From: Octopus vulgaris
Lineage: Eukaryota
Assembly: GCA_951406725.2 (NCBI GenBank)
Contig: OX597816.1
Span: 106,578,001-106,642,000, forward strand
DNA: 64,000 nucleotides
Direction of reading: 5' to 3'
Position 1 is the stretch's first letter. Every line of letters begins with the position of its first letter. Made by a program: the position numbers and the translations under genes. The notes beneath the pieces were generated by a model that worked only from the letters and a program-made list of their open reading frames with translations, was not told where the DNA came from and searched no databases. Positions 1 through 12,656 of this stretch are shown here, piece by piece.

Positions 1-159
1 ATAATCCTTTTATGTGCAGTGAGGGACATTGTTTTTTGGTTTCTATTCATTATTCTTTTGAAAAATTTTCTTTTCATATACTTCAGTGTCTTTTATCTTT
101 ATAAAATTATTTGGTAACAAAGATCAAACTGAGTGGGGCAGAAACGGTCCAGTGCTGGA

Positions 160-325
160 ACTAAATGCTTTGTGCTATTTAGTTACGTCCCTTTACATGT
201 GTGACCAGTTCAAATTTGCGAGAGGCAAGTTTTCTTTTTGATATGATGAGGGTCAATAAAATAAGCACCAATAGAAGCAAAGAATAAGGTGAGGGGTCAG
301 TTCAATTGATTTCACTTCCCTACTA
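160..325 (+). mobile_element. Highly decayed SINE (family B, Nin/Deu-like central domain)
   Basis: Degenerate match (agttcaaattt...gggtcaataaaataagcacca) to better-preserved copies at 31690-32135 and 46825-47035. Confidence 0.5.
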
Positions 326-1769
326 ATTGTGTGAGAAATCATTACTACACTTACATTTTATTAATAGTTGGCAGCTCTTTATAAACACTAACCAGGTCTT
401 CTTCAGAAAGCATTTCAATGAAGAAAGTATCTTAACAGAAGTCAACTCTATTGATAACATATATGTGTGTGTGTGTATATGTACATATACATACATACAC
501 ACATTGAGTGTTCTTTATTCATGATGTCACATACTGACATAAGATTGTATGTTGTACCATGTATACATGTAAACAGTATAATAACTTTTCATGTGATTTT
601 TACCTCACAGCGTAAAGTTTATTCATTGACATGAACTTTTTCGTGTTGCTGTTTGCTGGCACAGACTATCACTAGTTTCCTCAGTTTCTACTATTTCACA
701 CACATACACATGTTTATTTTCCTTCAAAGAAAACCACATTGCAGTAATTGTATCCATTATACAGGTGTAAAATTAGATCAAAATAATATTAGAGGTTAAA
801 GTATACCAAATATTAAAAGAACAGGAGAAAACTTTATTGTGAATTTACAGTTTTCCTAATGACAAATATTGAATTACTATTATTTTTCAATTTTGTTTTT
901 ATTTTTCAATGGAAATGATTTTTTTTCTAGGTAATTTAGTAAATATTTGTGAAGATTAAAGAAAACAAATTACTCATTGGTTAATTTTATTACATATAAA
1001 CAGATACAGTCCCTATCCCCAAGGAGGCAAATTAGACATTTTTTTTTCTCCTCTGGAACCAATGGATTTTATTCTTTTCCCCTTTTTCGTTTTGTTCTTT
1101 GTTAAAAGCTATTTTCATGAGTTTTTAACTTGTGGTTTTGCTATACCTTTGTAATCTAAAGAAAAGATTGTTAATTTTTTTTCGAATGGCTCATGATTAT
1201 TTTCAAAGTGCCATTTTAAAAATTGGAAAATTTTGTAAAAATAAAGAATATTTGAAAAATGTTTTTCTTTTTTTGTTAATACAAAACAGTTAAGATTTCT
1301 TTTTCTGTAATAATTAGAGCCAATGATTAAAAAATAATAATTTATCAACTTATGTATTATATTGTTTTATATCTATTCTTCTAGACATGGCAGGTTAAGA
1401 AGTGTGCTTTGCAATTACATGGCTACAGATTCAGTTCTACTTCATTACATTTTGAATAAGTTTCTTCTTGTGAGTGTGATTCTCAAGATAGAATGTGTGT
1501 GGAAAGCCTGTCTTGACTGTACCTGTTTCTGGATAGTAGACTTAATCTGTTTAACACCACCACCTGGAATTTAGGCAACTTTGTTGCCAGTATTTTAACC
1601 AGGTTCTTGGTTTGAGGATGACTCACTATCTCAACATGCTCTGTTCTCCTGTAACTATCCGTGAATCATGTTTTTGGTTTTTTTGGTGGTTGGGGGGGGG
1701 GGCGTCCCCACACTCAAACCATGTAAGGTTAGAATTAAGTCAATAAACAAATGTTATGCGAGTGATTGC

Positions 1770-1985
1770 ATCCTGATATACAGCAGCTTAAACCCTGCTC
1801 TGCAATACCTCTGAAATATGGCAACTTCCCATCTCAGTTGATACTTTGTAAATCTCACCTTTTGGGATCAAATATTCTCAGATCTTGCCTAATAGTTTCT
1901 TACCAAGTCTGAGTTAACCATCACCGACTTGTAGATCTGTTTTACTTAATACCCACACCATTTTTCTCACCTGCGAAAGTCTTTG
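1770..1985. repeat. Dispersed direct repeat, copy 1 (copy 2 at 3757-3971)
   Basis: Shared block atacctctgaaatatggcaacttcccatctcagttgatact...aaatctcaccttttggg; the minus frame is coding-like but has stops. Confidence 0.85.
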
Positions 1986-2949
1986 CTGTCCTGCTACTTT
2001 TTCCTCTCCATTATTCTGAGGTTTTCTTGTAAATTGTATGTCCAACAAGCTACACACAAACCATTGTTCTGCAATCATCTGCAGTGCCTCTTCCTATTCA
2101 TCATGTCTAGGCTGTATATACTTTTTGCTGTGTGACAGCAGAGGTAACAGTTTTGTGAATACCTGTCTATTGTTTACTGCTGTCTCCTTTTTTACTTTTA
2201 TAGTTTGGGGTAGAGTCTGTTGTCAGCTGGACAGATAGAGACAGACAGTCATATACCATAAATAAGGGATCAATACAATAGCTATTGTAAGGATTAAATT
2301 TATTATGCAATTAATAGTCCAGCATATTGACCCAACCACCATAAAAGTACTATAACCTGTTATGTTGAGTGATTATGCTGCTACACATTTGAATTTCAGT
2401 TTACTTCACATCCTTGTTCCTAACAATGATATATCTATCATCATCATTGTTATCATTTTAATATCCACTTTTCTATGTTTGCACAGGTCAGAGGATATCT
2501 TTGTTGAGGCAGATTTTTCTATATCTCCAGCTGTTTCTAAGCAACATAGTATTTTCTCTAATTTGATGAACAACAGGCCCCGATATGCTTTCATGGAGAA
2601 TTATTAACAAATTACACCATTTGTATGAATGGTAATTTTTTGCTTAGAACCAGTGCCTACATGTCAAGGGACATGCACACACACATACACAGGTGCTTGG
2701 CTTCTTTCAGTTTTCATCTTCTGAATTTCACCTACGAAGCATTGATCAACATGTGGCTATTACAGAAGACACACTGACACCAAGCAACAACGTCAACACA
2801 GTGAAAATAAACTTTCTATCACATTCCAAAGTTAACATTTTAACTCCAGGTTATATATATATATATATTTAAACATCTGTATTCCATGCTGGTATGGGTT
2901 GGACAGTTAGCTAGCTAGAGGATTGCATCGAGTTCTAATGTCTGCTTTA

Positions 2950-3320
2950 GAAGTAAAAGGCAGGTTGTATGAAAACAACCATGCTAAACAGCAGTGAAAC
3001 ATGGGCTGTGACTGCTGAGGACATTTGTAGGCTTGGAGGAAATGAAGTTAGTATCCTTCACTATGTGTAATGTATGCACAATGGCATAAGTGTTTTGGGA
3101 CAAAAGTTGAGCATAAGAGGCATCATGTGATGTGCAAGAAAGATGACTGCACTGATATGGTCATATGTGTATGGATGAGGACAGCTGTGTGAAGAAGTAC
3201 CAATCTCTAACTGTGGAAGACATGGGGACGAGGTGATGTTTGGCCTTATAGAGGCAATGACAAGTGACCGAAACCATTGGCGATACGCTGTGCTTGAGAA
3301 GACCCATCAAACCAAGTGAA
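2950..3320 (+). mobile_element. RTE-clade LINE 3' fragment, decayed
   Basis: gcagtgaaacatgggctgtgactgctga (SETWAVTA) and downstream sequence align to the RTE copy at 34700-35130. Confidence 0.85.
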
Positions 3321-3756
3321 AAATTTAAACTGTCAATACCCAGCCATAGAATTGCCAAAATGTGACTTAAAACATCTTCGTTAATGTCACTCTATCAATC
3401 ACCACACATCTAATTAATGGTCAATTACAAGCGGGATGTGAAATATATTCCATTTCCAATCCTGCATAATCTAGTGATAATTGTAGAAAAGTAATTTATG
3501 ATTTACAGGACCAGCACAAAGTCCAACTGTGCTCTAACTGAATTTTAGATGCATGGAGAGTTGCTGTTTTGCAAAAACTATCTTTTTATGTCAACTGTGG
3601 ATAAAAGACATAAGACTGGTGATGCCTTATTATGACAGCAAAAGAATAGGAAAACATAAAGCAATAAAATCAAGACCATGTTTGTTGGTAAGGGGTTATT
3701 AGATTAGCAGTTTGATCTAAAATCACTAATATTTTCATATTCTGTTCTGTGATGGA

Positions 3757-3971
3757 TTCTGAAATACAGCAGCTTAAACTGTTCTGTGATACCTCTGAAA
3801 TATGGCAACTTCCCATCTCAGTTGATACTATGTAAATCTCACCTTTTGGGGTCAGATATTCTCAGATTTAACCAAATAATATCTTAGCAAATCTTAGAGA
3901 TAACCATCACCAACTTGTAAATCTTTTGTACCAAATACCCTTGCTATTATTCTCGCCCGCAAAAATCTTTG
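3757..3971. repeat. Dispersed direct repeat, copy 2
   Basis: Colinear with 1770-1985. Confidence 0.85.
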
Positions 3972-4689
3972 ATATGCACATCTGTTTATTCCAGTATTAC
4001 AATCCAGAATTTATGTGAGGCACATATAAGAGTTGAAAATTCTGGAAACATTGTTTGTAGAGTTATGTCTCAAAATTGGAAGGTGGAGAAATTTTTTTGA
4101 ATTATTTATTTGAGATAAAAATGTAAAGAATTTCCTACTGGAATTTCTTCAGGTCAAGAAATAATGTAGCACTTTGTTTTCTATTAGCAAAGGAAATGTG
4201 TAATGGAGAATAGATAATACCCAAACCATTTTCCAACATTCTGTTTTGAGATATATGGGACTCTTGTAGTAAAGTTGATTGAATGCTAAATACATCTCAT
4301 TATCCAAACACATCTTGGCATGTGAATCTAATAAAAATAAATTTTTGCCATTCAATCATGTATTGTTAAAGTGAATGCCAGTAAAACTGATCCTTAGGTG
4401 AAAAGAAAAACTAATTACAATGCCAAAGGAAAAAATTTGTATAATAGCTGTCTATATTGTTATAAATTTAGTTATTGAGTCATGATTGCTCTCTCTCTCT
4501 CTCTCTGACGTGAGTAGATACTATTTTTAATGTTTTTTTGTTTTATATAAGGTGTCTTGAAAATGGTGAATAACTGGTAAAATACACTAGGTAAACTGGA
4601 TCAAAGTTTATATAAGCCATATGATGCAGGTCCGCATTACGAAATGGATTGAGCTAATAAAGGAATTGTTATGTAAGTGCTCTGTCTGC

Positions 4690-5070
4690 GAAAAATAGCA
4701 AATAGCCATCAAATCACTCGTTATCGTCTTAAAGAGAGAAAAAATCTACACCTCAGATAATGTGATCTCAGAAAAAGATGAGATAGTCTAGTTTGGAATG
4801 CTTTTGATCGTAGGGCCACTCGAACAAGGCTGAACTGGAGTCGTCAACAATTAAACAGATTTCGATCTAAGGAAGGAGCTTCTAGTCGGTCGTTCGACCA
4901 ACTTGAAATAACCAAATTTCTTTCAGATGACACCCTAATGTTTTAAAAAATAAAACACTATGGATATAATCGTAGTAAGATTATCTGAAAGACAAAAAGT
5001 CGGGCGGCTGGAATGCTTTTTTATCATAATTCTCTTTGATAAAGAGATGACTGGAGTCTAAACAACCGCA
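4690..5070 (+). repeat. Two tandem decayed copies of an old interspersed repeat (atagc..aaatc...ggctggaatgc.tttgatcat...aacaac)
   Basis: Same motif string recurs near 28545-28735, 38005-38180, 40150-40580, 49900-50070 and inverted near 57765-57960. Confidence 0.6.
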
Positions 5071-5292
5071 TGCATTGTTAGTAAGCTTATTGTATAATTT
5101 ACCTCCCTTAGATGCGGGAACTATTTGAGTTATCTCCTTTCCTGTAGATCTATCATGCAACTCTTGGAATGGGATTTATTACCTTTTTATTTGCCAATAA
5201 AGAAACATTTCCTTAGTGCGTTTCTGTAAATGTTTTATATAATTTATATCTTAAAAATTCTCCCGTCTACGTTTATACTTTTACAGATATAT

Positions 5293-5506
5293 ATATTTAA
5301 TGTAGTCGTTGGTTATGACTGGTCAGGAAGTTAATATTCGTTTCACGTCTCTTATTACTCCTGGCAATATTGATGACTCATAAGAGCTGTTAGCTGGAGG
5401 CACATAACCTCCGGCCAACAGGTTTGATGAGTCGCCTGTATTACTAAGAGTAATAACAGACATGGTAACTTTCTGACCGGCCATAACTAGCGACTACGTT
5501 AAATAT
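5293..5506. repeat. ~214-bp imperfect palindrome (hairpin / MITE-like)
   Basis: atatttaatgtagtcgttggttatgactggtcaggaag pairs with ctttctgaccggccataactagcgactacgttaaatat; pairing continues to the apical ggagg-cacataa-cctcc. Confidence 0.9.
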
Positions 5507-5608
5507 TACTCTTCAAAAAAAAAATTTTTCGTGGGCCTTTTTTATTTTTGTGTGTGTTGTGTGGGGGTGGGGGGACTTGTGAACAACGAACCAATTATAT
5601 ATATATAT

Positions 5609-6862
5609 TCCAAAATTTTAGAGGAAAAAATAAAATTAAATCCATGTATTTTAAACACAACTACCACCGCCACAAAAGCAGGAAAAAAAACTGCAACCAC
5701 CACGCTATACTCTCTTTTACTCTTTTACTTGTTTCAGTCATTTGACTGCGGCCATGCTGGAGCACCGCCTTTAGTCGAGCAAATCGACCCCGGGACTTAT
5801 TCTTTGTAAGCCCAGTACTTATTCTATCGGTCTCTTTTGCCGAACCGCTAAGTGACGGGGACGTAAACACACCAGCATCGATTTTCAAGCAATGCTAGGG
5901 GGACAAACACAGACATACAAACATATACACACACACTTATATATATATATATATATATACATATATATGACGGGCTTCTTTCATTGGTCGGCCCGGGGCT
6001 ATAGCAGAAGACACTTGCCCAAGATGCCACGCAGTGGGACTGAACCCGGAACCATGTGGTTGGTTAGCAAGCTACTTACCACACAGCCACTCCTGCGCCT
6101 ATCACTAAAATAATTTTTTTTCCTTTCGTTATTATTAGTCATTTTATTGTACTCCACATGGTGAAACACTTGGAATTCACATTTAAAACAAAAACAAACA
6201 TTTTTAACCCCACCTCTCAAACCTTTCGTATTTATAAAATAATAACATCAAACACTACAAATTGATCGATGTGTGAAAAGTAAAATTAGAATTTTTAAAG
6301 AAGTATCTATAAAACAATAATTCCAGTCATTTAAAGTATAGAAAAGAATATTTTTGATTGAAGAAAAGTATAATAGGACAAAAAACATCTCTTCTTTTCC
6401 ACCCTCTCTATCATAGTAGTTAGTTGCAGCAGCACCTTTTCCAATGTTGAAAACATTTATTTTTGTCTTGTGTGGGACATGAAAAAATGGTTTGTAGAAT
6501 GAAATTTGATACAATTATATCAACGTAAATACCGTAAGTGTTAATGTAGTCTTATTTTTCTCTTACTTTTTATGTCGTACAGAAAAAAGTTCTTATAATA
6601 TGGCAAAGGTATAAAAGAAAAAGAAAACAAAAATATCATTTTAATCGAGAAAGGTAGGATGAAGGAGGGTGGGGCTAAGAATTTTTGTTTTGTATTAAAT
6701 ATGAATTCTAAGTGTTTCAGAATAAGTTGAATACAAGAAAATGACTAAAATTAACGAAAAAAAAAAAAAAAAATCAGGTGATTGCCGATTTAGAGGAGGG
6801 GGTGACATTTAGAATGCATGGATTTAAATTCCGTTTTTTTTTTCCCTTCTAAAAATTTGGAT
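5609..6862. repeat. Long inverted repeat (~220-bp arms, ~400-bp spacer); left arm split by a SINE
   Basis: 5609-5665 plus 6102-6230 is the reverse complement of 6646-6862 (e.g. gaaacacttggaattcacatttaa vs ttaaatatgaattctaagtgtttc). Confidence 0.8.
5710..6100 (-). mobile_element. Young tRNA-derived SINE (family A)
   Basis: Minus-strand head aggcgcaggagtggctgtgtggtaag...gggttcagtccc (A/B-box-like), internal CA/TA microsatellite, (gagtaaaa) tail; near-identical to 62093-62468 and 27295-27685. Confidence 0.92.
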
Positions 6863-7349
6863 TACATGTTTCAGAATATAATAACAAAAGAGAAGGAAAT
6901 TCTTTTAATGGTGATGGATGTCATAAAGATACGAGTGGGGAGGGGGCAACGTTTAGAAATTTAAGGGTTAAAATATTTTAAGGCTTCCCCCTTCATTTTG
7001 AAGTGCGTAGTGAAAAATAAAATGGAAAAATCTCAGCGAAAATGGAGAAAATCCTACGTATGTGGGACAGCTATCTTGAAATTCCACTGTCACCTTTTTT
7101 TAAAATTTTATTTTCCTTTGTAAGATTTGAATTTTCCTGTACCACAAAATATACGAACTTGTCTACATTTATGAATTTCACTAAATTTATCCGGCAATCA
7201 TGAAAACAGGTCATTTATGTTGTAAAGAGTTGTTCCCCTTGAAAATGCTCGCAAAATGTTATTGCAGAGTTAGCTGCGCGGCCCCGGTGCACTCTAATTC
7301 ATCATATCTATTTGATCATTCCGTTATTATATCTGTATTTTTGTCATAG

Positions 7350-7600
7350 TGATTACTAGTTAGGATGTTGGACGTACGATCGTAATATAGTGGGTCCGGT
7401 TCCTACACTGGAAGGTACATTGTGTTCTTGGCAAATCATTTCACATTGCTCCAGTCTACTCTGTTAAAAATGAGTACCAGCAACGGCTGGGGGTTAAATT
7501 CCGTCATGGCGACATGGGTGGGTGACAGTACTTTTGGTCACTTCTAGCTATGGAAACCGAAGAAGAACTCCGGTTCAATGAACTTGTAGGTTCGTGGCAC
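7350..7600 (+). mobile_element. Decayed tRNA-SINE (family C, CORE-like centre)
   Basis: ttgtgttcttggcaa...tttcacattgctccagtctactc matches 9430-9490. Confidence 0.7.
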
Positions 7601-8284
7601 CTAAAACTACGTTTCTAAGACAAATGTCTGATTTTGAGGAAAACATAACTGCCGTTTCTAGTAGGTGAATATACCACCGAGATACTTCTTCGACGACTCG
7701 TTATTAAACAAATTAGTTTACACGCTGTTTAAATTTTATCTCAGCACTATCTACCGACATGTTTCATTCAAATTATTTTATTTAATCAATCAGTCCAGCT
7801 AAACTTTGAAAATACTAACACTGCTTAATTCTACTTGATGGAGAACAGCACAAATTAACGATTACTACGGTATGAGTTATGATTAAATATGCCCTGAATT
7901 ATATTTGTATATATTCAGTTTCATAGTGAATTTAAACCAATGGGAAGGATGCTTTTCAGTAGTATGGGATGAGGATCTAACCCAGACATGGACAACCCTT
8001 TTTTGAGAGGCAGGCCACACAAGACACAGATAACCATCAGACAAGTCAGACTACTTAAAAATTCAGGGCAATTTTCCATTTAGACATACCATTTAGAAAG
8101 TCCCATGGCTGATCAAATTAATTTAGCTGTCTTTATGCTGATGCTTATTCACTTCTCTCTCCCAAGATTTCAAGAGAAAGTCATGGAATTTTTTTTCTCT
8201 AATTTGGCAAGGAAGGAAGAATATTGATACGGGGTCATTCGGAAAAAAAGAGTGCTGTGGCCTGGTTTTGTGGTTTGGCACCAG

Positions 8285-8667
8285 GGATTGGAAGCACTTT
8301 CTAGCACTCTGTCGGTTACGACGATGAGGGTTCCGGTTGATCCGAGTCAACGGAACAGCCTGCTCGTGAAATTAATGTGTAAGTGGCTGAGCACTCCACA
8401 GACACGTGTACCCTCAACGTAGTTCTCGGGGATATTCAGCGTGACACAGAGAGTGACAAGGCCGGCCCTTTGAAATACAGGTACAACAGAAACAGGAAGT
8501 AAGAGTGAGAGAAAGTTGTGGTGAAAGAGTACAGCAGGGATCACCACCATCCCCTCCCGGAGCCTCGTGGAGCTTTAAGTGTTTTCGCTCAATAATCTCA
8601 CAACGCCCGGTCTGGGAATTGAAACCGCGAGTCTGCTGCCCTAACCACTGGGCCATTGCGCCTCCAC
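8285..8667 (-). mobile_element. tRNA-derived SINE with 14-bp target-site duplication
   Basis: TSD tggtttggcaccag at 8271-8284 and 8668-8681; minus head ggaggcgcaatggcccagtggttaggg. Confidence 0.9.
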
Positions 8668-9352
8668 TGGTTTGGCACCAGACAGACGGGTTAAAAGCCT
8701 TTGTCCTGTCAATTTCTGGAGAAATTAATGGGTTTGAAAGAGACATCTGACCCTTTTCCGGTCAGGGAAAGTTTAACAAAAAAATAAATCTACCACCCTT
8801 TAAAATGCGACGAGCTGGGTTTGTTGAGCAGTTGGTGAGAGAGAGTTGGCCTGGTTTGGTCAGTTCTGCCTGAGACAGGGAGTTGGCAACAGGGAGAGGC
8901 TACAACAGGGATGACAGGCGTGGCGAGAAAGACAGGCAGATAGTATTGAGGACATGTCAATTAAAAAGGAACTGAGAGAGAGATTACAGCGTGAAGGCAT
9001 GGCTATTCGTAGTGGGAGTTTGTAAAATTGTTGCAGACTGGAAAAACGTGCAGTATGTTTTGTTTATGTCTTTTGGTGTTGATGTGCGTTGAAAGAAAAG
9101 AACTGAAAAAAGAATTGTTGAAGAGAAAAGGAATTGTGTAAAAAAAAAGAGAAGGAAAAGAAAGAAAGAGAAAGACTTTAATGTTGAACTGTTTTGAACT
9201 CCATATTGCATCAAAACATTAATGTTTTGATTATCTCCGGACTTGTTGTATTGTGCATGCCTTTGTTGTTTTCTTCTTAATTCTGTTGCATGTTATTTTC
9301 TTTAATGTATCTGATATGTTTCATGTTTTATTTCATGTTGTAATAATTGTAT

Positions 9353-9681
9353 GTGAGGGCGCGTGGCTTAGTGGTTAGGGCATTCGGCTCATGATCGTAA
9401 GGTTGTGAGTTCGATTCCCGGCGACGCGTTGTGTCCTTGAGCAAGACACTTTATTTCACGTTGCTCCAGTCCACTCAGCTGGCAAAAATGAGTTGTACTT
9501 GTATTTCAAAGGGTCAGCCTTGTCACTCTCTGTGTCATGCTGATTATCCCCGAGAACTACGTTAAGGGTACACGTGTCTGTGGAATGCTCAGCCATTTGC
9601 ACGTTAATTTCACGAGCAAGCTGTTCCGTTGATCGTATCAGCTGGGACCCTCGTCGTCGTAACCGGCGGAGTCTTTTTTTT
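9353..9681 (+). mobile_element. tRNA-derived SINE (family C) with 12-bp TSD
   Basis: A box tggcttagtgg, B box gttcgattcc, CORE-like gtgtccttgagcaagacact; TSD taataattgtat at 9341-9352 and 9682-9693. Confidence 0.93.
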
Positions 9682-10599
9682 TAATAATTGTATAAACTAT
9701 TGTAAATGTAAGCTACTGCCTTCCGCCGTGTCTATCTCTTCCTGTTGTTGTTGTTATCTCCGGTCGCCGGTTCGAGTTCACTGCCATCCCCCACCACCGT
9801 TTTCTCTGTGGCAGAATCTGTTCGACTGAGCCTGGTCAATCGTTGTCACTCGACTTAGTAAGGTCACGGGTTCAAGTTGAGTGATGGCAGGTTCGTAACA
9901 ATATTAACATAGATGATCTGCTTTTTTACCCCCCATAACTTCCAAGACTTGTGGGAGGTAGGAGGAAGTTATCCTCAAACCAGAGACTTGATTTGAACAG
10001 AATGAACTTCTCAACAGAATTAACTTTTCAAAAAATTACCCAAAGATCAAGTATTGGTGTTAAATTGGGCAACAAGTTTACCACCCAAAAGCTTCAAAAC
10101 ACAAAGAGCCAGAAAAAATTATGCCAGCTATCTCATCTAATTTTCTCACAATACAATACCTGCTAATTCACTGCTCTGAACTAATATATTGTTTTATGTA
10201 CCATGAAAGGATGAAAGACTGAGCTGATCTCAGTAGATTTTGAACTCAGAATGCAAAGAGCCAGAACAAATTCTAGAAGGCATCTCATCTAATGTACTAA
10301 CAATACCTGTCAATCTACTGCCCTGGACTGGTACTTTTTCTCCACTTCAAAAATACAAATCTTAATTTCTCTTTTAAAAAAAAAACCTCCTTGTGGTTTT
10401 TGAATATGCTATAAATAGCAGAAATCACATGAGTCTCAAAAGGAATTTATTTAACATAATTGTACTTAAATCATCAAAATGTATGAGGAAACAAAATTGA
10501 GATGCATGAAATATCTGCTCTTCCTTCTAATGTTTTACATATTATATTCTGATATAATCATAACACCAGTTAAAAGTTATTTATCGTTTTCGATTTCAA

Positions 10600-11225
10600 C
10601 TTTTGCTGGTTTCAATCATTAGATTGTGATCATATTGAGATACTGCCTTGAAGAATTTTAGTCAAAGGAATCAACCCCAGTACTTGGAAGCCTGGTACTA
10701 ATTCTATCCATCATTTTGCCAAACCTAAGTTATTGGAATGGAGAAGGACAAACACAAACACTAAGACACACATATACATATATATATAGGAAAACCATCA
10801 TGTATGTATGTGTGCTTGTGTCTTTCTGTTTGTCCCCCACCATTGCTTGACAACCAATGTTGGAGTGTTTATGTCCTAGTAACTTAGAAAAAGAGATAAA
10901 CAGAATAATTACCAGGCTTAAAAAAAAAATAGGTACTGGGTTCAATTCATTCAACTAAAAATTCTTCAAAGCGGTGCATAAGCATGGATGTAGTCTAATG
11001 ACTGAAACAAGTAAAAGATATACATATATCTTTTATATATATATATATATATGTATGTATGTGTGTGTATACACACATGACAGGCTTCTTTCAGTTTCCA
11101 TCTACCAAATCCACTCAATAGGCTTTGGTTGGTCCAAGGCTATACTAGATGTCCAAGGTGCCAGTGGGACTGAACCCAGAACCATGTAGTTGAGAAGCAA
11201 ACTTCTTACCACACAGCCATGCCTG
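10600..11225. mobile_element. Minus-strand family A SINE with an oppositely oriented SINE 3' half (10800-11020) nested in its microsatellite
   Basis: 10600-10770 and 11075-11225 match the minus copy at 5710-6100; 10800-11020 matches its reverse complement. Confidence 0.8.
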
Positions 11226-11704
11226 TTATTTTTAGAAAATTTCATTAACAAATGTCCATTTTTCACAAACTGATGGGAAAACAAAGACAGCAGAGTACAC
11301 TTCTGTAGTTAGGCCCAAAATTTCTTGAGTGAATACTATTGGGTGAATAAAAGCTAGAAAGGAGAATTGAACATAACATATAAGAAAAATTAGACAAACT
11401 GGAGATCAAAAATATAATTAGCATTTAGTGATTAGCAGAAAACCACTCAAAAGGTGGTCTTTTTCTCATGCATGCACACACACACACATTATTCTTATAC
11501 AAGAATGTTGCCAATGGCTTTGAAGTTTTGGCTAGCTAAGCCATTGTCAGATCTAACACACAGTAATAAGGAAAACGGGCTGTCTTTGTTATTGTAGATG
11601 TCAATGTTTTTAACAACCAGATGCCCTACCTATAATCAACCATTTTATTTAAGTTCTACTCAGTAAGTGACTGCTAACATACATTATTGATTCCAGAAGG
11701 AAGA

Positions 11705-12095
11705 AAGAAATTACATCAACCCCAGTGCTTGACTGGTACTTATTTTATTGACCCCAAAAGAATGAAAGGCAAAGTCAACCACAGCAGAATTTGAACTCAG
11801 AACGTAAAGACACTAAATGCCACTAAGTATTTTGCCTGGCAAGCTAACAATTCTGCCATTTGTCACCTTAATAACACTAAAGGTTTCAAATTTTAGCACA
11901 AGGCCTGAAATTATGGGGGAAGGGATTAGTCACTTATATCAACCCCAGTGATTAACTGGTACTTATTTTATTGAACTCGAAAAGATGAAAGGCTAAGTTG
12001 ACCATGGCAGAATTTGAACTCAGAATGTAAGGGCAGACAAAATACTGCTAGGCATTTTCCCCAGCATACTAATGATTCTGCCAGTTTACTGCCTT
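11705..12095 (-). mobile_element. Two tandem family B SINEs (Nin/Deu-like domain)
   Basis: Two units of ctggtacttattttattgac...gaaaggc.aagt..acc...cagaatttgaactcagaa; reverse complement of 31690-32135. Confidence 0.85.
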
Positions 12096-12119
12096 AATAA
12101 TAATAATAATAATAATGTT

Positions 12120-12656
12120 AATAACTGCTCTGATGCAGTACCAGGTACTGACTCTCATAACTTCTGATCTTAACTGATTGGAAGTGTTATCATGCACATG
12201 TTTTGTCTTGGTATAAAAGATGGACTACAGCAAATATTCTGTTCAATACCACAGATTTACATGTCAGTTGTTTGACCTTAACCAGTTGAGCACATCTCTT
12301 CGTGACTGACTATATGTGCATCTCTGATCATGAGCAGAAGTAGTGGAGGAACATCATAGCCATGTGTTAAGAGGAATTCTTTGGGATTTGAATAATTCAC
12401 CTCTGGAAACATGGGTATTTTGTTCATTCTTTAACAACCCTTTTCATGGACCTTTTGAGCAGGATGGGCTACTCAATCTGAAGAAAATTCAAGGTCATAC
12501 ACTGTTTATCTTGCTATGAGATTACCATGTCACACACATATGGTTGTGATACATGTGCCAGGTGTACTCTTCTCAGGCAGGTAGTCATGATGAGTAAATA
12601 GGGCTTTGCATATTTCACCAGTGTCACTTTGAAGGCATGTGCTGCTCTCTTACTAA
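12120..12656. repeat. Unclassified probable repeat flanked on both sides by (TAA)n
   Basis: Higher-GC ~540-bp block bounded by AAT tracts at 12096-12116 and 12657-12676; no intact ORF. Confidence 0.45.

Larger units (their letters stand above)
7906..9900. mobile_element. Candidate solo LTR (~1.26 kb after removing two nested SINEs)
   Basis: TGT at 7906 and TAACA ending at 9900, flanked by ATATT at 7901-7905 and 9901-9905; more GC/CpG-rich than the flanks; no ORF. Confidence 0.55.

Noticed and set aside
4149-4355. Minus ORF with an acceptor-like site as a death-domain exon
   Set aside because: No death-domain sequence pattern and a weak donor
9355-9430. tRNA gene
   Set aside because: tRNA-like head of a SINE with TSD and SINE body; no acceptor stem or terminator
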